Positions 23,400-34,680 of a stretch of 64,000 bases of DNA are shown one piece after another. Source of the stretch: Camelus dromedarius (lineage: Eukaryota); NCBI RefSeq assembly GCF_036321535.1, contig NC_087469.1, positions 19,282,001 through 19,346,000 on the forward strand. Direction: 5' to 3'. Each line of letters begins with the position of its first letter. Position 1 is the first letter of the stretch. The position numbers and the translations under genes are program-made. The notes beneath the pieces were generated by a model. It was not told the origin of the DNA, ran no database searches, and was given only the letters and a program-made list of their open reading frames with translations.

Positions 23400-26300
23400 A
23401 ACACAGTCAGGAAGACGCAGCACCAGACAGAGACTCAGATCAGGAGAGACACACCCAAACCGGGACTCACGCACCTGAAGGGAACCAGTGCTCATTTCCC
23501 AGAGACTTAGGAGAACAAAGGTAAAGCCGTTAAATCCCATTAACACCCTCAGGGCTACTCCCAATAATACCCGATCCCCAGTCAGAAACAGCCAGACCTT
23601 GGGACAGGAAACGCGGTCTTCACGGTAAGATGAGTGCTCGAGCGACACCAGAATGGACGCAGCTGAGTGACCTGATCAGCCAGAAAACCAAGCGGATGGT
23701 TCCTCCCAGAAAAATCTTAAGAAACAGAAAGTCCAAGAGACAGCTTAAGAGACAAGGAACATGAAAACGAATATATGTCTGCATACGCATGACTGGGACC
23801 CTGTGCTGTGCACCAGATTGACGCAACGCTGTAAACTGACTGTACTTCAATAAAAATATATACATAAATACATAGAGAAAAAAGAGAGAGACACGGAGAA
23901 GAGTTCTGGAAAAGAGGAGTAAACAGAAGATCAAAGCAACTGAAGAAGTTTATTACAGCTGAAGGCAAGCCCAGTTCTTCTGGTTAAAAGGCCCCACTCT
24001 GTGCCAAAGAACGAGTTTTAAAAGGCCCGTGACTTCAAACATCACTATGGACCGTCTGAACGTTTCACATGAAGAAAAATCCTCAAAAGTTCCAAAGGCA
24101 AAACAGTGGATCATTCACAAAGACACAGGGGTCACACTGATAATTCATTCTCCACAGCAACACTGGGGGCAGGAAGGAAACAGACCGACGTTGTGATTTT
24201 GAACCCAGATACCACACCCTGTCAAACCCGCATTCAAGTATTTGGGGCAAAATAAAGACTTTTGGATCCACGAAGACTCGGGAATCGTGCCACCCACAGA
24301 TACTTCTGAAAAAAACTTAGGAAAGGATAATCCAGTAAAATAAATAACAAAACCAAGAAAAAGGATACAAGGACGACGCGCGATCAAAGGAAACACTGAA
24401 AGCTACAGTGAAGTTTAAATAACTGTTGGTGCTTGAGATTTTACAAATGTATAAAATAACCATCTGGAACTAAAACCCCAGATGTTCTCGGCAGTGCAGT
24501 CTGCCAGACGGGGGGCGGGGAGTGCAAGAACACGAGCATCTTCATTCTCATGTAACAGGGAGCTATGGGTACTGTAGCTGCTGGCGGGATCCTTGAGGTT
24601 GTTAAAAATGTAAGTGTGACCGCTGGAAGAACAGGAAGAGACGCGCACGTTCCAAATTACTAGGGAGGAAACTTAATGAAACAAAATGTGTAAAAAAATC
24701 AGCGCAGCAAAGGGCAAGACAGAAACAAATAAAATTAGTATAATCAAAGTGTACCACAGTCACCAAAAATGTCCATTTTAAACTATGAAAAACAAAATTC
24801 AGCTGTATATAGACTGTGAGAGGGATCCCACTGAAATTCAAAGGCAAATGGATTTTTTTAAAGATACAAAAATATATAACCAGGCAAATGATAATGAAAA
24901 TTATAAAATGGTGTGGTATAGCAAGACTGATGTCCGAAAACAAAGTAGAAAGCACTGAATAGGGTAAAGTAGGCATCCAGCATCAATACAGCGTTCGAGC
25001 CAGTAAGAAGGTGCAACAGTCATAACCTCGTACGCATCAAACTACAAAGCTAAATCTACACAAACGAGTGTGTACGTGTGTGTGCACACAAAATCTCATG
25101 GAAACACAAGGAGAGGCTGGAAAATCCACAGGCAGGAGCTTCTGCCACACCTGCCTCTTAACAGCTGGCAGCTGAAGTCAGAGAGACAGAGACGGAGAGG
25201 GAAGGAGCGAGACCGAGGGAGAGAGGGGACATTCTGGAAAAAGGGGACTTACTCAAGTCCCTTGAGAAGACCTGGAAAAACAAAGCGAAACAATGGAAAT
25301 GTGTTCATGACTTTCTCAAATGCTTTCAAAATTTTCTAGAAGAACAGAGCTGCCCTTAACAATCAAAAATAAAACAAAACAACAAAATCACACCACCTCA
25401 GTTTATCAGAAAAATTCCAACTGTTTCAGAAAATAGGACCTTCTTATGAAGCCAGCCCAACTCTGATGCCAAAATCAAGCAAAAACCTCAAAGGGGAAAT
25501 TTCTTTTTTTGTAAGACTCCTAAATAAAATATGAATGAATCAAGTCCAGCTGTGAATTAATAGAATACTTCTTCAGGACAAATTAAGTTTAACTCAAGAA
25601 TACCAAAATGGTTTCACATCAAAAAAAAAAAAAAAAAAAGATACCAGTGTATGATAGCAGATTAAAAGAGAAACCCACTCTGGTCGTCTTAATAATGGCC
25701 GAACAGCACTGGATAAAATCTAACGGGCATGTCTCAGTGAACAAACTTCCTGGCAAGCTGGAAATAGATGGAAATGTCTTGAGAGTTACAAAGGCCTTTC
25801 ACAGGAGCCTAAAGCAACGCTATGCAAGATGACTGACCAGCAGCATTCCTACTAGAGTCAGGGGAAAGAAAAAGGAGAGAGACAGCCCTTTTCAGCATTG
25901 CATCGCAGGCCTCGCCAGTGAAAATGCCGACGTAAACACCTGAGGGGCATGAGGAGTGCGAAGGCCTGGGCAGAGCTGCCCTAATCTTCCTCGGCAAGAC
26001 CCCCTCCTCCAGAAGCATCAGCAGAGTCTAAGGGCAAACCATGCAAATCAGACAGACGATTCGAACGAGAAAAGTTCCGTGAGTACCACCCCACGCAGAG
26101 TCGGCCGCTGCCTCACAGGTCAGCACACGGTGTCAGCAGAAAACATGCTGGAAAAATACACCCTGATGATGACGCGCACACACACCCACACCCGGTAAGA
26201 ACAGCTGGGGGAAGACGCCCAGCGGGGACGTGGACGTTTGGGGGAGAAGGGAAACTAGGAGTCAGTTGCTGTTGCTCTCTCCGTTTACTATCCGCCGTAT

Positions 26301-27600
26301 CAAAAAGGAAAAGAAACTTGTAAAAGCACTCGGAGTAATAATATAAAAAATCACAAATGGTACAGAATTCGAGAGTGGAGAAGCACATCCATGGATATTC
26401 TGGTATTTGTCTTACAAGTAGGTATAAAGGTGTCATTTCAAGTAAGTACAGAAAAGATACACTATTCACACAAACGCGTTTCATCTAAAAAAGGAAAACT
26501 AGGTACCTCGCACTGAATGCTAACAATGAATGTCAGCATTTCAGAAGGATTAAGGAGATAATCAACCCACCAGTAAGTCTTTAGGATTTTTTTCCCCAAA
26601 GATCTTGGTTGGGGAAGATTGCCTGATTCGTCATCAACAGTGCAAATCACAGTGGAAAAGGCAGACACTTCTGTCGCCTTATAGAACAGCCTGTGCAACG
26701 TTACAGGACGTATGAATATCTCCAGAGAATATTTTTAACATAGAATCAGACAACAGTTAAATATTTAATATCATACATATACGTATGTGTGTGTACATAA
26801 AGCATTCCAAATTTTTAAGGAAAAGAGAGCCTACCAGAACACAAATGACATTAAGTATCTCTAGTAAGATTTTCAAGTGGCCAGTAAATACATAACTGCG
26901 AATGAAGTCGTAACAAAATCAATAAAATGCTGACAACTGCTGAGCGCTCGCCGCTGCCCAGCGACCCCTTCAGGGCCTGGCCTGTGCAGACGATCAAAGG
27001 CCTTGTGGTGAGGACAGGGCGCGGAGCCCGGGGAAGTGGGGGAACTTGCCCTCTGCACACGGTTGGCTGTGGGGGGTCTGAATTTATACCCTATCAGTCT
27101 GGCTCCCAAAACAGCTCACTCCTCTGCCATGTTTTTTTTCATTGATGAATGAAAACCACGAGTTGGTGTAATTCTTTTAAAAAGGTTGCTAACATTCAGT
27201 GTTGGTAAGAATGAGGGAAAACGTTTATTCTCAGACGTTCTTGGCGGAGGTATAAACTGACGAAGGCTTTCTGAAGGGCAGGCAAGGCAGACTCTTCAAA
27301 GGCATTTTAAAGCAGATCCAAGAATTCCACTTCCCAGATAGTTGACATACGTCAAAGAGATTTAAGAAAGAATGTTACGGCAGCAATATTTGTAAGAGCA
27401 GAAACTCGGAATCAACACATCTGTCAGTAAAACAACTCGGGGACCCTCTGCACAACGAGACAGCACTCGGCCTCCAGCAAGCGTGACGCAGGCCACGCAA
27501 ACTGCTGCGGAGTGACTGCAAAGCTCCCTGACTGCTGTTCCTTGCAAACGGAAAGTTGCAGAAAGAACCCTATTTATGATTTTTTTAGAAGGAAAGAAGG
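23400..27600 (+). mobile_element. Large ancient L1 (L1ME/L1M-type) remnant covering ORF1, ORF2 and 3'UTR fragments
   Basis: ORF1-like region at ~23940-24420 (TTCTCCACAGCAACACTGGGGGCAGGAAG, GATTTTGAACCCAGATACCACACCCTGTCAAAC). RT region at ~25440-25920 (TTCTTATGAAGCCAGCCCAACTCTGATGCCAAAATCA). 3' region at ~27200-27600 (GCAGATCCAAGAATTCCACTTCCCAG). Confidence 0.7.
23759..23886 (+). mobile_element. Short camelid-type L1 3' terminus nested in the old L1
   Basis: ATGAAAACGAATATATGTCTGCATACGCATGACTGGGACCCTGTGCTGTGCACCAG...GTAAACTGACTGTACTTCAATAAAAA. Possible TSD AGAGACA(A/C)GGA at 23748-23758 and 23887-23897. Confidence 0.85.
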
Positions 27601-29354
27601 GAGGGAGTGGGGAGGAAGGAAGGTCTGAACGTGTGAGTGCAGCTCCTTAGAAAAGGAACGCGAAGACACACACCCAGCTGTCTTCACCCCCACGGTGGCT
27701 CCTGCGGAGAGCGGAGCCACGGCGGGAGGGGCTGCAGGCAGGGAGGGGAGAAAGACACACTTTCATGGGGACCCAACATCAACAGCTCTTCCACCATCTT
27801 TCAGGGTGAGATGCTCACGCAACGTAAACAGCAGCGCAAAGAATACTGAAGAAAGTGATGAAATTGACACTGAATCCACAGGAACCACGGACGAGGAGAG
27901 GAGGACTCCGGGTACCGTATCGTCGACACAGCTGCATGGGATGCCCCGCTCCAGGGTCCGGGCGGGGGCATCCAACATCTAGAACCACTCTCGGGGTCCA
28001 GGGTTGGTCAACTTTTTTAAAAAACAGCCTCGATCGACCTTTTATACAAACTTCGCAACATCTTCCTGCTTTAGGAGAGGCTTGGACTCCACGCTGGGCC
28101 CAGTCGTGTGCTAAGGTCGGCTGGCACTTCAGACTGGAGTTTGAGGTTCCCATCAGCTTCCCCACATGGAGCCGCAGCATCCTTAACTCAAGACTGATCC
28201 TGAGTTAATTCCACCGACGGGCCGAGGGAGCTGCGGCAGGAGTGGCTCTGGCTCCCGTCACGCATGACAGCGCCGCTCACTGCAGTCACCAGCCGCACGC
28301 CCCTGCATCCCGGTGCACGTCGGGCCCGTGTGCATCAGCAGCTGGGCGCCACGGCTTTCCTGCCACGGTTCACACCGGCTACGTCCCGGCACAAGTACGG
28401 CAACCAGGCTGGTTCAGCACCGCAGCGGGCTGCGCAGGCTACACCCGCACGTCGTGTCAGGAGCAGGCCGTCCAGGCGGCTGGCCCGTCCCTGTGGGTGA
28501 GCCGGGGTGTGCATGGCCCACGGCGGTGCCCTGTCCTTAGGGAGGGAGCCCGGGGGCCTGTTAACACGGTTCCTGCGACACGCCTGCGACCTAGGAGAAC
28601 AAAGGGGCGGGCGGCAGCACCCGGACACCAGCCTTCCTCTGTCTGCAGGCGGGACCTCGGGGACAGGGGACACTCCAAGCGGCAGCAGCAGAGAGGACGG
28701 GACACAGGGCGCCTCCTGCCACCTCCGAGCATGTGTCAGCAGCAGGAGTACACGGGGCAGCGCTTCGCGAACTTCACGGGTTACTTGGTCACGTAGAAAA
28801 ATAATCCCTTTTCTTGTTCTTGATGAGTTTAAAGAGTATAATTTTCAAAACATTAGCGTGCCTTTATGCAAACGTTAAGTGAGGCCAAGGAAAGACTTAT
28901 CTCACTTGTTAAGGAGAGGCCCGCGAGGACGGCCCCGGGGGCTGAGCAGCTCCGCGCGGGCTCTGCAGAGACGCTCAGACAGGCTTGCTGAACTAGCGGC
29001 AACGCTGGCTGGAGTCCCGCGGGGCAAGGCGACCGCGACATCCAGGGCCACCGCCTTGCTTTGGACAAGATCGTTTTCACTGACTTCGGTTTTACGAAAG
29101 TTAGTATTTGCCCTCACAGAGTGATGACGTGTCCTGCTCAATGAGGAGCAGCGAGTCAAACAAGGAACCCCTCCCCCAGAGCCCAGGGAGGCCCATGGGG
29201 GCCTCGCAGACACCGTCCGGCCACCACACCGAGGACACCGCGGTCACTGTCTGTCTCTGTCTAACGCCGAGACTGCTTTTCCTTCACAGCTGTGTGCGCG
29301 GTGGTCTCTGGACGGTGGGTGGAGACTCATGTACCTGTGCCCAGAACTACACGG

Positions 29355-29947
29355 CGCCGTGCCCCAGGTGCCTGCGTCCCCCAGGTGGGTGTGTGGAGGC
29401 CTTGGTTCACTGTGCAGTGGTATTTGGAGGTGGGGCGGCTCAGACGAGATGGGAAGGGTGGAGACTCCAGGACTGGGGCAGGGGTACTGTAGGAAGAGAC
29501 GTGAGTAAACAAGATGGCACTGTGCAGCACAGGGAAATAGACACAAGATCTCGTGGTGGCTCACAGGGAAAAACAAATGTGACAATGAATATATGTATGT
29601 TCATGTATAACTGAAAACTTGTGCTCACACTGGAATTTGACACAACATTGTAAAATGACTATAACTCAATAAAAAAAATGTTAAAAAAAAAAACCAAACA
29701 AACGCAAAGCAAAAAAAAAAAAAAGAAGAGATATGAGAAAGACCTCTCTCCCTCTCTCCCTCAGGGCCCTGCGAGGACACAGCAAGAAGGCGGCAGCCCG
29801 CCAAGCTGGAAGAGGCCCCACCAGACACTGAACCTGCCGGCTCCCTGACCTCGACTCCTGGGTCTCCAGTCTACGAGAAATAAGCGTCTACTGGTTAAGG
29901 CTCCGCGTCCGTGCTGTTTGCTGCTGCAGCCTGAGCTGACTGGAGCT
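29355..29947 (+). mobile_element. MLT1A-type MaLR solo LTR split by a young L1 insertion
   Basis: 5' half contains GGTATTTGGAGGTGGGGC. 3' half: GAGGACACAGCAAGAAGGCGGC...GAAGAGGCCCCACCAGACACTGAACCTGCCGGCTCCCTGACCTCGACTCC...GCAGCCTGAGCTGACT. Confidence 0.85.
29506..29722 (+). mobile_element. Young camelid L1 3' terminus with A-rich tail and 15-bp TSD
   Basis: TAAACAAGATGGCACTGTGCAGCACAGGGAAATAG...GGAATTTGACACAACATTGTAAAATGACTATAACTCAATAAAAAAAATGTT. TSD AGGAAGAGACGTGAG (29491-29505) and AAGAAGAGATATGAG (29723-29737), 12/15 identical. Confidence 0.9.
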
Positions 29948-30434
29948 GAGCGAGGGGACCCCTGGACGGGATGCCGTTCAGTCCCCTCCCTCCACACCTG
30001 CGAGCGCAGGAGCAGGTCAGTCCTGGGTCAGGGTCACGGGCACGCGCTCAGAGCCCCGCAGACAGCCCAGGTGGAGTCTGCACTCTCCACTTCTCGGCTA
30101 AGTCTGACCGAAGCCCCAGCGCCCTCACCTGTGAAGGGGAACAGCTGTGCCTTCCTTGGGACCCGAGTGATGAGCACAGGAGACGGGCCAAGTGGGGTGT
30201 TTACTAGACTCAGAACTGCTGTGGCCGTTGCACCAGGTTCCGTCATCACTCATAGTCTGGAGAATATGGTCAGATCCAATTTAAATTAGACTCAGCTTGG
30301 GAAAAGGAGGGCAGCTCACAAAATCGTTTTCAGAAGTGTGATTTCCCTCCAGGCTAAAAAGGCTGTCCTGGAGCTGGCTCTCCGCGCATTCCTGAGCAGA
30401 CTTTAAACACAGATTTGCTCAAGGAACACAGCCT

Positions 30435-31144
30435 TGGGAGCCCTCCTGCACTGCTGGCGGGAATGTAATTCAGGGCAGCCACTATAGAAAACAGTATGGA
30501 GAAGATTCCTTAAAAACTAAAACTAGAGTTGCCATGTGACCCAGCAACCCCACCCCTGGGCATCTATCCAGAGAGAACTCTAATTTGAAAAGNNNNNNNN
30601 NNNNNNNNNNNNNNNNNNNNNNNNNNNNNNNNNNNNNNNNNNNNNNNNNNNNNNNNNNNNNNNNNNNNNNNNNNNNNNNNNNNNNNNNNNNNNNNNNNNN
30701 NNNNNNNNNNNNNNNNNNNNNNNNNNNNNNNNNNNNNNNNNNNNNNNNNNNNNNNNNNNNNNNNNNNNNNAGAGATCATCATACTAAGTGAAGTCAGTCA
30801 GACAGAGAAAGACAGATACCATATAACTTATATATGAAATCTCAAAAATGATACAAATGAACTTATTTACAAAACAGAAACAGACTCACAGACATAGGAA
30901 ATGAACTTACAGGGGGTTATCAAAGGGCAAAGGTGGGGGTAAGTGAGGAGTTTTGGATTAACAGATACACACTACTGCATATAAAAGAGATAAACAGCAA
31001 GGTCCTACTGTACAGTACAGGGAACTATATCCAGTATCTGTAATGACCTATAATGAAAAATATGCAAAATATATGTATGTGTGGCTGCACACCAGGAAAT
31101 AACACACTGTACATCCACTATGCGTCAATAAAAAGACAAATAAA
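30435..31144 (+). mobile_element. 5'-truncated L1 (ORF2 C-terminus plus 3'UTR) spanning an assembly gap, 14-bp TSD
   Basis: From 30437 translates GALLHCWRECNSGQPL*KTVW (L1 ORF2p Cys-rich region). The 3'UTR follows the gap. TSD AAGGAACACAGCCT (30421-30434) and AAGGAATACAGCCT (31145-31158). Confidence 0.93.
30593..30770. other. Assembly gap, 178 N
   Basis: Run of N inside the L1 at 30435-31144. Confidence 0.99.
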
Positions 31145-31691
31145 AAGGAATACAGCCTCACTGTTCCTTCTCTCAGGAGAAAAAGAAAGGAGCAGGAGGA
31201 GGACTTTTATGTCACTCTGGTACTAGACGCGAAGCTGCCCAGGAAGACAGGAAGGCGGGGCTGAGCACGGAAGGTAAGAGGGCTTGGAAGCTGTTTGAAA
31301 GCCAGACGTGACTTCATCTTAGTAACAGGTCTGCCATTTTATGATCTAAAAGGGACCCGAAATATCCGTCCAGCCTGCCTCACAGGATGGTACAGAGATA
31401 AATCAAGAGAAAAGCTATGAAAGTATGTTCTGCTCATTCAGCTAATAGGATTCTTACCTTTGACTCTGCTTACTGGACCAGTGGGGGGCCAGGAGAGTCA
31501 GGCGTCCCCTCTGAGCCACACCAGCGGTGGGCAGGGCTGGGCGGCCCCTGAGAACAAGAATCCTGTCTCCTCTTCGCCTTTCTATAATCGGCTTTCTAGC
31601 TGAGAGAGCAACGGAGATCGTGTACAGACTTTTCAGCACGAAATCTGTTTTCTGCCGGCTATTTGCAGGTTATTTAATTTCCGTGCTATAT

Positions 31692-32320
31692 ATTTTTAGA
31701 CAATTTTATTGAGGCATAACTTACGTACCGTAAATCAATTCACTTTAAGAAGAATCTAATGGTTTGTAGTAAAAGTACAGAGTCGTGCTACAGTCCCCAC
31801 AAGCCAGGTTCAGAGCCTTCCTAACAGCCTGAAAGACGGGACTCCCCACCCGCTGCTGCTCCCGTTGCCATCCGACGCAGGCAGCCCTAATCGCCTTCTT
31901 CTCTACAGATCCACCTTCTCCGGACTTTTTATGAAAATGGAGTCATGCCACCTTTTGCTACGTGCACCTGCTGCCCTTTATAGCACAGTGTTTTCCGGGT
32001 TCATTCACGTTTACGTGTTTCAGCTCACACTTTGTTTCACCAGCTGACAGACGTCTGCCTTGTTTCCAGTTGTTTTCTGGTATGAATGATGCTACTGTGA
32101 ACTGTTGGGTACAAGTCTTCTTATGGACATACATTTTCATTCCTTTTGGGTAAATACCTATGAATAAAATCGCTGGGTCATAAGACAAGCTAATGTTGAA
32201 ATTTCTGTTAAACTGCCAAGCTCTTTTCGAAGTAGCCGTAGCCTCTTACGTTCCCACCAGCAGCGTGTGAGGGTCCCAGTCTCTACGCACCCTCGCCAAC
32301 TTTTGTTGGTGTCTGTCTTC
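31692..32320 (-). mobile_element. L1MB-type 3' end, antisense
   Basis: TTTTATTGAGGCATAACTTACGTACCGTAAA...ATGAAAATGGAGTCATGC...TTTCATTCCTTTTGGGTAAATACCTA...TTACGTTCCCACCAGCAGCGTGTGAGGGTCCCAGT. Confidence 0.85.
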
Positions 32321-32589
32321 TTGAACTGAAATGGCAGCTCGTTAATTATCTAGCTGGGAGCACCTGACTCACATCTGGCCAGTGAGACTGAAAAAGTCGT
32401 TGGGTGAGCTGGGAAAAACGTGTTCCTATTTGATTTGTTTAGAAGTACAGGCCTAACTCTGTCTATTCGCTCCCGTCTCTGGATGGTACCACGTGACAGT
32501 GTGATGCTGAGAGCTGAGTGAGGAGAAGGGGAGAAGTGCAGGGACGCTAATACAAAGTCGTCACATCAGGAAGGTGCTGAATTGACCAA

Positions 32590-32690
32590 CCTTGCTATTT
32601 CCTGACTCCGGGCTCCTTGTCATGGGAGATAATAAAGCTCCTACTGACGAAGCCTCTGATGTGAGGTTCCTGCCACTCGCAGCCCAGTCG
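32590..32690 (+). mobile_element. 3' end of an old MLT1-family LTR
   Basis: CTATTTCCTGACTCCGGGCTCCTTGTCATGGGAGATAATAAAGCTCC...GGTTCCTGCCACTCGCAGCCCA resembles MLT1H/J-type ends. Confidence 0.5.
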
Positions 32691-33339
32691 TCCTCACTGC
32701 TCCACAAGGCACGTTCAGGAGGCAAGGACCAGAGGCCACGGCGACCCTGGAGGCTGTTCACCTGCCCTCCAGCGACAGAAGACACACCAGTACAAACCCA
32801 TTTCCTTTCAAATTTTCTCACCTTGACACTGACTCAATTCAGCAAACAGGCTGTCACCAACCTTTCAAATTTAATTCTGGGACAGAACATGGAGACAGGG
32901 CAGAAAGAGCCCCAGGGACACCCTGTGGGGATGGAAACAATTCTCAGAGAAAAATGGGACAGTCCAGAGAGAAAAGGGGAGTAAAATGGAAATTTAAAAA
33001 AAGAGAGATTTCTTCCCTCTCCGATAACTTTGAAGGTTAGCCCGGGTAGGCAGCAATTCCTGCGTATCCTGGAACTTCCACGGGTAAAAATAAAGAGGTC
33101 ACAGCGGCAAGCAGAAGTGGAGAGAGAGCAGAGGCAAGAAGAGACGGGGGTTTAACCAGTCGCCCTGGGTCACCGGGGGAGACAGGGAGGTTCCAGCGAT
33201 GCTGACAAAGAGGAATGGCCGACAGCCCAGCCAGCGGGAGAGAGCGTTCAGTCCACGGCACATGTTCTTAAAACTATGACGCATGTGTGTTCTCCATACT
33301 TACTGCGTACATTCAGCATAAACATGCAACATGTGCACC

Positions 33340-33490
33340 TCCTGGGGAGCAATGGAAGTGTTAGCTGTCTTGATTGTGGTGGCGGATTCACTGGTGCATA
33401 CATCTGTTAAAACTCATCAAATTGTTCAGCTCAAATATGTGCAGTTTACTGTACGGGAACCACACCATAATGGAGGTGTTAAAAATAATA
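33340..33490 (+). mobile_element. L1MB/L1MC-type 3' terminal fragment
   Basis: TGTCTTGATTGTGGTGGCGGATTCACTGGTGCATACATCTGTTAAAACTCATCAAATTGTTCAGCTCAAATATGTGCAGTTTACTGTA. Confidence 0.8.
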
Positions 33491-33749
33491 AAATGGGTTG
33501 GCTATGGTACCTCCTTCTTAGTTACTAAGAGGCTCAAATCCTTGCTGACCCATAGCAAGAACTCGAAAAAAATCAAATATGCCATATATGTGGGCTGCAT
33601 TCTATACAATAAAAATGTATGTAACATAGCATTCTCTACCATTTTTATACTAGGAGTGTTCATTTGTATTTAACAGGGGAAAGAGGACTCTGAGACTTGA
33701 AAATAACTTAAAAAATTTACTCCTGAAAGAAATTTGTTTAAAAAAAAGT

Positions 33750-34680
33750 CGACTCCTCTTTTTGGTAATGGAGCAGCAGCTTCTAACAGATTAACCTTCA
33801 CACAAATAATAACAATCAATCCAGACACACACACACACAATTAAACTGCAGAGGCAGCAACAACAACACAGCACCCGGAGACGATGGCAAGAAACTAAAG
33901 CAGGAAGCAGTGGAGGAGAATTCATTTACCAGAAAGGAGCAGAATGGCGCTCGCTCGATGTCCAATATTGCATGAAATTTTGTCTGAAGGGAGCTCCAGT
34001 CAGCACCGAATGATGTTACTAAAACCGAAAAGGGCACCTATAGTCTTACTGTCTTGCAGAAGCAAGGGAGTCTGGAGTGACCACGGCAGCTACAAATTGA
34101 GGGGATAAGTCCCATAAAAGAGATATTCACAGAAGAAAAGTCCTAAAATCTGCCTTAAAAAAAAAACCTGTTTGAATTTCTAGCTGATCCCTCAACTCCT
34201 CATCCGCAGAGAAGATTACAAGTCACCCAGCTCAGGCTAGAAGAACTGAACGATAATTTTTATCAGTGCCCACCACAGAGGAGACAGGCTGAAGTTTGAA
34301 TCCTGCCAAGTCGACTACCTGCTTTAAGGAAAATCAGTATATTCAGAGAGCACAAGGCCATCTAGACTCTGCACCAGCCACAACGCCCAGAACGCGGTAA
34401 AAATCACCAGACTCTGCACCAGCCTCAACGCCCAGAACGCGGTAAAAATCACCAGACTACAGAGAAACAGGAAAACGTGGCCCAAGATCCAGAGGACAGG
34501 CCATCGGTGAAAACCAAACCGCTGACAGCGCAGACAAGGGACGGGGGACAGGGCCTGGGAAGCATCTTTCGTCACGACGCTCAAGAAGAGGCAGGAAGAT
34601 GCCTGAGCCGATGGGGATCTCAGCCCAGAAACAAACACCAAAAACGCACAAGTCACTTCATCGTTTTCATGATTTGCTTT
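33750..34680 (+). mobile_element. Ancient L1 5' region (L1M4-like), degenerate
   Basis: A-rich tract with L1M 5'-end and ORF1-start motifs (TAAAAATCACCAGAC...AGAAACAGGAAAACGTGGCCCA...GGCCATCGGTGAAAACC). Confidence 0.5.
34364..34458. repeat. 45-bp tandem duplication (2.1 copies, 1 mismatch)
   Basis: AGACTCTGCACCAGCC(A/T)CAACGCCCAGAACGCGGTAAAAATCACC at 34364-34408 and 34409-34453, then AGACT. Confidence 0.97.

Noticed and set aside
29034-29105. Kinase-like peptide RDIQGHRLALDKIVFTDFGFTK followed by a possible donor (AAA|GTTAGT)
   Set aside because: RD-to-DFG spacing is 15 residues rather than the usual ~18, the HRDxKxxN catalytic loop is absent, an in-frame TGA lies at 28989, there is no good acceptor and no other kinase subdomain nearby. 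A tBLASTn hit to a kinase would overturn this.
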